The translations under genes were made by a program, and so were the position numbers. A DNA stretch of 64,000 bases. Origin: Octopus vulgaris. Taxonomy: Eukaryota. The stretch is taken from assembly GCA_951406725.2 (NCBI GenBank), contig OX597820.1, forward strand, positions 20,150,001 to 20,214,000, given 5' to 3'. The notes beneath the pieces were generated by a model, which searched no databases, was not told where the DNA came from, and saw only the letters and a list, made by a program, of their open reading frames with translations. This document shows positions 41,515 to 53,343 of this stretch, in pieces (positions within the stretch are counted from its first letter, which is position 1; each line of letters begins with the position of its first letter).

Positions 41515-43972
41515 AAGTAAGCTTTCCTTTTTGAAAGAACCTCAAAAATCGTTGGTTAGTTGACAGGATTTGAACCTACAACATTTGACTCAGTAGCATG
41601 AAACACTACTGGAAGTAAGCTTTCCTTTTTGAAAGAACCTCAAAAATCGTTGGTTAGTTGACAGGATTTGAACCTACAACATTTGACTCAGTAGCATGAA
41701 ACACTACTCATTCTCACAACACACTTCTGTTTATTTAAATAGATCGTCTACAACATAATTCAGACAGACTCTAGTCTTTGTACAAATAATCAATAGATAA
41801 AACATATCTAGTGATATCACAGCCGTATATGATCTCTGGGTTTAAGAGAATGAGTGAAAGTATTTCGACCTTAAAAGTGAGGCAAAGGTTTCTATTAAAA
41901 CGTCATTTAAAACACAAATTGTTTTTTTATTTTGTTTATTTGTATCCTCTCTTTTAACACTTTATGCAAGTCTATATGAACCTCTTGAAACTTCTTATGA
42001 GAGATAACAATTAATTTAATATTACATCAGCATATATAAAACTGTTGCCTTCAATAATTAAAAGATAGCATATCTTTTTTGATTAACGAAAATCGTGTAA
42101 AAAGGCAAAGTACATTGTCGTTTAGTGCTAACGGTAATTAAAGCAGAATGGTCTTCTAGGAGTGGTGCTATTATATGAAGGAGTTATATCTGGTTCTTTA
42201 TCTCTATGATTTTTACTTTGGAGTTTATCAGCTCTCTTGTGATATACTGTACAAATGAACAGATTAATTAATACAAGTAGTTGATACCTATTTCTTTACT
42301 ACCCACAAGGGGCTAAACACAGAGAGAACAAACAAGGACAGACAGACGGATTAAGTCAATTATATTGACACCAGTGCGTAACTGGTACTTTAGTTATCGA
42401 CCCCGAAAGGATGAAAGGCAAAGTCAACCTCGGCGGAATTTGAAATCAGAACGTAGCGGCAGATGAAATACCTATTTCTTTACTACCCACAAGGGGCTAA
42501 ACACAGAGGAGACAAACAAGGACAGACAAACGGATTAAGTCAATTATATCGACCCCAGTGCGTAACTGGTACATTAATTTATCGACCCCGAAAGGATAAA
42601 AGGCAAAGTCGACCTCGGCGGAATTTGAACTCAGAATGTAGGTATTTTGACTGTCTTTACGTTCTGAGTTAAAATTCCACCGAGGTCGACTTTGCCTTTC
42701 ATCCTTTTAGGGTCAATAAATTAAGTACCAGTTACGCACTGGGGTTGATGTAATTCGACTTAATCCTTTTGTCTGTCCTTGTTTGTCCCCTCTACGTTTA
42801 GCCCCTTGTGGGCAATAAAGAAATAAGAAACTGAAGGAAACTCATCTTACTCTTACTCTTTTACTCTTTTACTTGTTACTGTCATTTGACTGCGGCCATG
42901 CTGGAGCACTGCCTTTTGGTCGAGCAAATCGACCCCGGGACGTATTCTTTGTAAGCCCAGTACTTATTCTATCGGTCTCTTTTTGCCGAACCGCTAAGTG
43001 ACGGTATACATCGTATACATTTGTTGTGAAAAACATTTTCAGACTTGGGCAATGGAGTTTCAGATAATTCACTAGAGTTGAATTTGTTTCCTCATAACTT
43101 TCAGAAAAAATAAGTATTATTTTAAAAGAAATTTCCTACAAATACTTCTCAGATGGTGCAAATTCTGATTGTATTGGAATTTAATGTGGAAAAGAAATTG
43201 GTAGGCATGTATACATACATAATGACACACATCATATAATTTTTCTTTCAAAATTTTTCAAGTTTCATTTTTATAGATATAAGTGTAATGTAGATTTGGA
43301 TGCTCAACAATTTCTTTTCTCATTAAATTCTGATATAATCATAATCCACATCATCTAAAAGGTATATTCTTTTATTCGTTTACTTTTCTTAGTCATTTAA
43401 CTGCAGCCATGCTGGAGCACTGCCTTTTAGTTGAAGAAATCAACTCCAGGACTTATTCTTTGTAAGCCTGGCACCAACTCTATCGATACCTTTTGCTAAA
43501 CTGCTAAGTTATAGTTACAGAAATACACCAACATTGATTGTCAAGTGATAGTGGTGGTGGGGGCAAACACAGACACACAGATAAATATATGTGTAAATAT
43601 GATAAATACATGTGTGTGTGTGTATGCATATATATATATATATATTTATTCTACGGGCTTCTTTTCAGTTTCCATCTACTAAATTAACTCAAAGCTTTGG
43701 TCGGCCTGAGACTATAGTAAAAAACACTTGCTCAAGGTGCCACTCAGTGGGACTGAACCTAGAACCATGTAGCTTGGAAGTAAGCTTCTTACCACACAGC
43801 CACTAGAAAATTTCAATAAAAATATCTGTCTTTCTAAAAGTTATTGGGAAACAAAGTCGAAGGAGGGGTACACTTGTGTACGTATGCCATAGAACAGTGG
43901 TTCCCGACTTGGAGTCTGTATCTCCCTGGTGGTCTGCAAAGGTAGTACTGAGGATCTGTGATTAAATTTAAA

Positions 43973-44018
<46 letters not shown>

Positions 44019-44178
44019 TGCAGGCATGGCTGTGTGGTAAGAAGCTTGCTTCCCAATGACATGGTTCAGGTTTTAGTCGCATTGTGTGGCACCTTGGGCA
44101 AGTGTCTTCTACTAAAGCCTCGGGCCAGCTAAAGCATTGTGAGTGGATTTGGTAGACAGAAACTGAAAGAAGCCCATT

Positions 44179-44229
<51 letters not shown>

Positions 44230-47200
44230 AAATAAGCAACAAAGATATCCACAGGTAATGCACTACGATTGTTTCATGCAACTCCATTTAATTGAACAAT
44301 GCAATCATTACATCAATTTAAAATGCAGAGCAATCTTCAGCTGCACAAAGACATAGAATTTAATTAAATTAGAACAAATGTCTATCTCCTTAACTTCTTG
44401 GAGATTTTACATATAATTATACTAATGTGTCCATCTGTTCTAATTTAATTAAATTCTATGTCTTTGTGCAGCTGAAGATTGCTCTACATTTCAAACTGAT
44501 ATAACGATTGCATTGTTCAATTAAACGGAGTTGCATGAAACGATTGTACTGCATTACATCTGGATATCCTTGTTGCTTATTTTGATTTTAATCACCTTAC
44601 TTTGAAATTGTATGGATATTACCGTACTAAATTCTGGTGCCTCAACATATGTACCATATTCATCTGAATCTATCTATCTATCTAGAATCTATCTATCTAT
44701 CTATTTATCTATATACATATATATATATATATGTATGCATGTATTTGTGTGTTTGTTCTTGTCTCTCCACAATCACTTGACAACTGATGTTAGTGTGTTT
44801 ACATCCCCGTAACTTAGTGGTTCGGCAAAAGAGACCAATAGAATAAGTACCAGGCTTACAAAGAATAAGTCCAGAGGTTGATTTCTTTGGCTAAAAGGCA
44901 GTGCTCCAGTATGGCCGCAGCCAAATGACTGAAACATGTAAAAGAAATATATACATAAGGATAAGCATAATAAAAGGGAGCCATGGGAAAATTCACTTAA
45001 ACAAAAGGGTTGGGAACAACTGCTGAGAACCACTGCAGTGGGAACCACTAGCTGAATCACTGCCATAGAATGAAGCATTTAATAAGCTACATTTTTAAAA
45101 GTAAGGCATGGCTGGTTCAGCCGTAAACTGGATTTTTGAAAATCTTGCCTTGACATTTAGACGGGGAACAGATAATAGAAACAAAAGCATCACAGATGTT
45201 GAGAAGGATCGAAGGTTTGCAAGATAAGGGCAAGATATGAAAGATCATGCTGACAAAAGGGATTGGGTCTAACGTACTTAATTTAGTGAACCAGAACAAA
45301 ATTGTAATCAATTTAAATTCCATTTATAACGAAAAGGAAAATCGTTAACCCTTATCAGCTACTCTTTACTTCAACCTTTCGATCCCACAATCTTTGCAAT
45401 TGTTTCCGCCATTATCTTCCAGATGCAGGTGTGACTGTGTGGCAAGAAGTAAGGTGGCATGTTGGTAGAATCGTTAGCACACCAGGTGAAATGCTCAGTG
45501 GTATTTCGTCTGCCGTTACGTTCTGAGTTCAAATTCTGCTGAGGTCAACTTTGCCTTTCCTCCTTTCAGGGTCAATTAAATAAGTACCAGTTACACACTG
45601 GGGTCGATGTAATCGACTTAATCCTTTTGTCTGTCCTTGTTTGTTCCCTCTGTGTTTTGCCCCTTGTGGGCAATAAAGAAATAAGAAGTGAGCTGGCAGA
45701 AATGTTAGCATGCCGGGTGAAATGCTTAGCGGTATTTCGTCTGCCGTCATGTTATGGTTTCAAATTCTGCCGAAGTCGACTTTGCCTTTCATCCTTTCGG
45801 GGTCGATTAAATAAGTACCAGTTACACACAGGGGTCGATAAAATCGACTTAATCCGTTTGTCTGTCCTTGTTTGTTCTCTCTGTGTTTTGCCCCTTGTGG
45901 GTAGTAAAGAAATAAGAAGTTTGCTTCCCAACCACAAGGTTCCGGGTTCAGTCCCACTGTGTGGCGGCACCTTAGGGCAAGAGTCTTCTACTATAGCCTT
46001 GAGCCAATCAAAGCACTGTGAGTGGATTTGATAGACAGAAACTAAAAGAAGCCTGACATATATATATATATAAATATATATGTGTATGTGTGTGCGTGTT
46101 TTTGTGTGTGTATCTTTGTGTCTGTGTTTGTTCCCTACCACCCACATTGCAAACCTCCACCCACATTGCTAGTTCCTTTGTCCCTACTCACTTCTATTCA
46201 CCTCATACCTTGAAGGGTCTCCTGGGCGCCTCATTACCAGTATTTATCCCTTTGAAACCCCTACTGATCACACTCACCCTCTCTTCTAAATGTGATTAGC
46301 CACGAAGCCCCTCTACAACAAGAATCTGCTCTGTCCCTGCTTCTCTCATGCTTTAATAATGACCATGGGATTGCACCTAGAAAGTTCCCATCTGAGGCAC
46401 AAGTCTGGGCAAGGTTGTTTATGGAAGACCAGCAGTCACTCATGCATACCAGCCTGCCCTCTCTGATGTTGTCCAAGGGAAAGGCAAAGGCCAGTACAGC
46501 TTGACACCAGGGATGTTGCAACTCATTTCTACAGCTGAATGAATTGGAGTAATGTGAAGTGAAGTGTCTTGCTCAAGAACACAACACACAGCCCGGTCCA
46601 GGAATCAAACTCACAACCTCATGATCATATACGTATATACATACACACACATATACGTATGTATATGTATATCGATATGTATATCTATATATGCACATAT
46701 ATAGGCGCAGGAGTGGCTGTGTGGTAAGTAGCTTGCTAACCAACCACATGGTTCCGGGTTCAGTCCCACTGCGTGGCATCTTGGGCAAGTGTCTTCTGCT
46801 ATAGCCCCGGGCCGACCAATGCCTTGTGAGTGGATTTGGTAGACGGAAACTGAAAAGAAGCCCGTTGTATATATGTATATATATATATATGTATGTGTGT
46901 GTTTGTGTGTCTGTGTTTGTCCCCCTAGCATTGCTTGACAACCGATGCTGGTGTGTTTACATCCCCGTCACTTAGCGGTTCGGCAAAAGAGACCGATAGA
47001 ATAAGTACTGGGCTTACAAAGAATAAGTCCCGGGGTTGATTTGCTCGACTAAAAGGTGGTGCTCCAGCATGGCCGCAGTCAAATGACTGAAACAAGTAAA
47101 AGAGTAAAGAGTAAAAGAGTAAATATATATGTGTGTGTGTGTGTGTGTGTATACATACACACATATATATATATCTTAGGGTGGAGCATTTTTCCACAAT

Positions 47201-48312
47201 TTTTGATTTTGTGATGGGGTAGTGCAGAAAAGTTGTGAATGGACATCAAAAAGTCTGCAACAATATCTTCTGTCTCCAAAATGCATCGAAGAATGGAAAA
47301 AGTGGAAAAAAAACATCTCTACTTATTTAATAGCTATAATATACAGTTTTCATTGCATTGTCTTCAGGTATTTTTTAAATGACGGAGGAAATTATTTTAA
47401 AATATGACTTAAACATGATTTTTCCTGCCTCCATAAACACCTCAAAATATGCAAGTACATTAACACCAGCATCAAAATGAAAATCGAATGGAAATTGTAG
47501 TTAAGATACTCATGCCGGTGACATGTTAAAAGCACCGTCCGAACGTGGCAGATGCCAGCGCTGTCTGACTGGCATCCGTGTTGGTGACATGTAAAAGTAC
47601 TAACCGATCGAGGCCGTTTGCCAGCCTCCTCTGGCCCCTGTGCCGGTGGCACGTAAAAAGCACCCACTACACTCTTGGAGTGGTTGGTGTTAGGAAGGGC
47701 ATCCAGCTGTAGAAACACTGCCAGATCAGCCTGGAGCCTGGTGCAGCTTCCTGGCTTCCCAGACCCCGGTTGAACTGTCTAACCCATGCTAGCATGGAAG
47801 ACGGACGTTAAACGATGATGATGATGATTATAAATATTTTTTTTAGCGAATTTAGAAAATTTTTCATGTAGATGTGAATTACGGTGGAAGCGGAAGATGA
47901 AGTCTCAGAAAAAAAAACTAAACATGCCCAGAGTAATTTCATCATAGTCATTTAAAAGATATCTGAAGAAGATGCAATGAAAACTGTATTTTATAGCTAA
48001 TAAATAAGTAGAAGCTGGTTTTTCTTTTTTTTTTTCGCTTTTTCCATTTCCCAAGGCGTTTGTGGAGACCGAAAATATTGTTGCAGAGTTTTAAGATTTT
48101 ACACCAATTGTTTTGATGTCCATTCACAACTTACGCTCCATCTTGAAATCGAAAACCATGAAACAACACTCCACCCTAATATATATATGATGTATGCATG
48201 CATAGTTTTCTATCTATCTATCTACCTATCTATCTCTCTTTTTCTGTCTATCTATCTATCTGTCTGTCTGTCTATCTATCTGCCTATCTATCTATCTATC
48301 TATCTTTCTCTG

Positions 48313-48344
<32 letters not shown>

Positions 48345-48370
48345 GTTTTCTATCTATCTATTTCTCTCTG

Positions 48371-48406
<36 letters not shown>

Positions 48407-48444
48407 CATACATACACATATATGCACATACATAAACATGCATC

Positions 48445-48485
<41 letters not shown>

Positions 48486-50854
48486 CATACACACACACAC
48501 ATATTTATATATGCATGCTTACATATTTGTGCGTGTGTATGTATATATGTATGTATAGTGATCCCTTGACTATCACAGATGTTATGTTCCAAAACCCCCC
48601 GCGATAGGTGAAAATCCATGAAGTGGAAACAATACTGCACCGTACATTTTTTAAATTATTTTTATAATACGTATATATTTATTTTATTATAAATGCAAAA
48701 CAACACCACGGAGGAATCGACGTAAGCTTAAATAATAAATCGCAATAGGTGACCCAGTGTAGAGGCACATAGCCTAGGGGTTATAGCAGCGGACTTGTGG
48801 TTGAGGGATTGCGGGTTCGAATCTCAGACCGGGTGATGTGTGTGTTTATCAGCGAAACACCTAAGCTCCATGTGGCTCTGGCAGAAGGTAATGGCAAACT
48901 TCTGCTGACTCTTTCGCCACAACTTTCTCTCACTCTTTCCTCCTGCATCTTGCAGCTCACCTGCGATGGACTGGCGTCCCGTCCATGTGGGGAACCTATA
49001 TGCCATTGAAACTGGGAAACCAGCCCTAATGAGCCAGGCATGGCTCGAGAAGGAACAAACAACAGGTGAACCACAATATGGCAAGGGTTTACTGTATATA
49101 TTTATCTGTGTACATAGACATAGCAACTGTTGAATCACTAAGAAGTTAGAGTCTCAATTACAAGGGATGAGATTCAATCTCAGGGTGTGGCATCTTGGAC
49201 AAAAGTCTTTTAGAATAGCTTGTGGATGATCCATAATTTTTGAGAGAAATTAGATAGATGGAAACTGCATAGAAGTCCGTCAGATGGATTGTGCCTGTTG
49301 TTCAAAAGTCCAGCCTAAACACACTGTGACATGTGAATTCTGCCCAAGGGTTATGTTAAAGGTACATGTGTGTGTTTGAGATACTCAGCCACTTATAAGC
49401 TAATTCTATGAGCCTGTTAGTTAAATTAATTGTGGCACAAGTGTGGATGTGTGGTAAGAAGTTAGTGAGAGGGCGGTGAGCTGGCAGAAACATTAGCACA
49501 CCAGGTGAAATGCCTAGTGGTATTTTGTCTGCCACTACGTTCTGAGTTCAAATTCCGCCGAGGTTGACTTTGCCTTTCATCTTTTGAGGTTGATAAATTA
49601 AATACCAGTTATGCACTGGGGTCGATCTAATTGACTTAATCCCTTTGTCTCTCCTTGTTTGTCCCCTCTATGTTTAGCCCCTTGTAGGCAATAAAGAAAT
49701 AAGAAGTTAGCTTTCCAACTACATGGTTCCAGGTTCAATCTCACTGTGTGGCACCTTAGGAAAGTGTCTTCTACTATAGCCTCAGGCCAACTAGAGCCTT
49801 GTGAGTGGACTTGATAGACGGAAACTGAAAGAAGCCTGTTGTATATTTATATATATATGTATATATAAATTAATAGAGTTCACAAAAGTGACAGAGGATA
49901 GTGACTAGCTCTGCTTTTGCTAAAAATAAGAGTTAAAACAACTCAAAAAGACACAAAAGCACTGTTTTTTGTTATTCATTAAGACAGTGCTTTTGTGGAT
50001 TTTGAGTTGTTTTAACTGTTCTTTCTTGCATTAGTGGTGCTGGTCATTTAGGTTCTAATAGCTAATAAGCCACATTTTTACTTTATATGTGTGAATGTGT
50101 GCGTGCGTGAGTGTGTTTATGTGTGTGTGTGTGTATGTGTGTGTGTGCATGCATGCGTGCGTGTGTGTGTGTGTGTTTCAGTGTCTGTTTTTGACACCAC
50201 TTGACGGCCAGTATTGGTGTGTTTATGTCCCTGCAACTTAGCAGTTCATAAAAAGAGACTGAAAGAATAAGTACCAGGCTTAAAAGGAAATTAGTACATG
50301 TGTCAATCCCTTGAAGTAAAAAATGTTTCAAGATGGCGCTCCAGCATGGCCATAGTGTAAAGACTGAAACAAGTAACAGATGAAAGATAAAACTGAAAAT
50401 TCATGGTCAGAAAATCTATCTGAGACACACACACACGCATACACAGACATACTTACACACACATTCACACGCATGCATGCACACACATATATACTCACAC
50501 ACATGCATGCACATGTGCACACACACACACACACAGACACATGCACACATGTACATGTGTGCGCGCACACACACACAGCCAACTAGAAATGGTGCATCTT
50601 TGGGCTAAATAAGAGTAACATTCTTCCCTTTCCTGGGACTGCCACATTAAGTTGGCAATAAACCATCACTTCATATATATATATATATACACAAACACAC
50701 ACATATATACATATATATATAAGCATGTATATATATATATATATATATAAGCATGTATATATATATATATATAGTGGTATAAATATCAACACAATTTTTT
50801 CCCCTTTCCCCCTTTTTTTTCTCTCTTCCCTTCTCCAAACTCACAGACACCCAC

Positions 50855-50893
<39 letters not shown>

Positions 50894-52483
50894 CACACAC
50901 ACAGACACACCTCCACAAAACTATCATAAAAAGTGAAAAGAATTCTTAAACCCAAAAAAGCATTTGACCATTAAACACACACACACTCTCTCACAATGAT
51001 AAAAGGAAATATAATTTATGGCCTGCCTCCCTGCCACCACACACTCAGTGACACTGTGAAGTGGTCAAAACTGAAATTCTTTTTTTCTTTCCTTGGAGTC
51101 AATATTCTGTCCAGCAGACCAAAAAAATTCTTTTCTTCTTCTTCCCTCTCCCTTCCCCTCTTTCCCTTTAGCACTCATCCCAGATACAAAAACACACACA
51201 CACACGCACACACACGTTCTCTTTCTCACTTTCTCCTCATCCATCACCCTCTTTCGTCCCCACCACTACAAAACTCTATAAAATGGTCAAATCTCACACA
51301 GGAACTTAGTTTGATTTGAAAACCCCACTAGAATGGGAGAAAGCGCTAATGATCTAAGTGATATGATATATATATAAAAAATGTAATATACAAATAAATA
51401 TCTGTAAATATAAACCATCCGATCTTCTGAGTACCTCATTTCTTCTAATATATATATATATATATAATATATATATACATATATAATTTATTAACCAAAT
51501 AACAACGTATGATTTGACCCATTGTGCTTTATTTTGAATGGATTGTGCAGTCTGGGTCTCATCAGGTACATTGATAAAGTTTTGCCTCTGTATATATTTT
51601 GAGTGTTGTTTCCCTTGTTGTTATAGGCCTATTTAGTTAGGGAATGAATAAAATATATATATATGTGTGTGTGTGTGTCTGTTTCTGTGTGTATGTATAT
51701 GTATGTACACTAAACTGTTTGACTAAATATTTGTTTTCCTTTTTTTCCTGTTTTTTCCTATTTTTTCTTTTCTTCTACTTTCTTTTTTCTCCAAGCAGTT
51801 ACGACAGTGAAATCTGATTACTCTCTTTCTGTCTACCAAATCCACGAACAAGGCTTTGGTTGGCTTGAGGCAATAGTACACTTGCCCAAAGTGCCATACA
51901 ATGGGATTGAACCCAGAACCATGTAGTTGGAAAGCAAGCTTCTTACCACACAACCATGCCTGTGCCTTACATTTAAAGTTTTTTTACTGCTAGCCAGATT
52001 AGCAGTGATGTTGGTACTTTCTTGTTTAAAATAATTTTGATTAATATTGCTTATTTTGTGATAATTTGCAAAAATCTATTAAGATACATATTCACTTGCA
52101 AAAATGCAGTTTATATATATTTTATATGTACAAATGTCTGTGTGATATCATTTAAATGTATTTTGTATTCTTGCTACTTGTTAAAATTTTGGGGGCGTTT
52201 CCTAATTTCCTTGCCATGTTCAAATACTGGACAACATTTGATTTTCTTTTTTTTTTTTGACAAATTAAAGTGATTTCCCTCTCCAAATGAGGAAAACACA
52301 AGGATTAAATTATAATCTGTTTAAGCAGTAGGTTCTCATAAAAAAAAAATTTTTTTTCTTTTACCTGGTAAAAATCCAGAATGCTGAATGTAAAATGATA
52401 ACACATCCAACCACAGCAAAATAAACAGATAAATAAATAAATAAATGATAATAATATTAATAATAATAATAACAATAATAATG

Positions 52484-52537
<54 letters not shown>

Positions 52538-53296
52538 GTAATAATAATAGTTTTTTCTATGATAGGAACAAGGCCTGAAATTTTGGGGGCGGAGGTAATT
52601 GATTTACATTGAACTGGTACTTATTTTATCAACCCTGAAAAGATGAAATACAACCCCTCCCTTCAAAATTTCAGGCCTTGTGCTTATAGAAGAAAGCATT
52701 ATTATTGCTGTAGTAATACACACACACACATATGTATGCATGCATCTTGATGTGTATGTGTATATATATATAAAACCCTCATTTTTTTTCCGTTGAGGGC
52801 TTATATGCCCCAATATTAGACTATTCTCTTTAGTCAATATATGGTGATTGCTTACAAGCTTTAAGCTTATAAAAATATTATTATCACACACACACAAACA
52901 CCCACTCTCTTTCTCTCTCTCTCTCTCTTGCATATATATATATATATATATAATAACAATTTGAGGGAATATTATTCCTAACTTACAGGGAAAAATTCAA
53001 TTTAGAAATACTAAATCAAATTTCACAAAATACATAATATATATATATAAAAATTAGAAAAAGACACCTTTTATCAATTCAAAATGAACAATTAAATTAC
53101 ACCATCTAGGAAATTACATATAATAGAAAAATTAAATATAAAATAACAATAATATACGTTTTATTTATTATTTTGCACATTAATTAATCATCGGTATATT
53201 ATTGTTATTTTATATTTAATATTTCTATTATATGTCATTTTCTAGATGGTGTAATTTAATTGTTCATTTTGAATTGATAAAAGGTGGTTTTTTCTA

Positions 53297-53343
<47 letters not shown>

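Noticed and set aside
41550-41610. tRNA gene candidates here and in SINE heads
   Set aside because: Only B-box/T-arm similarity; no complete cloverleaf could be drawn.
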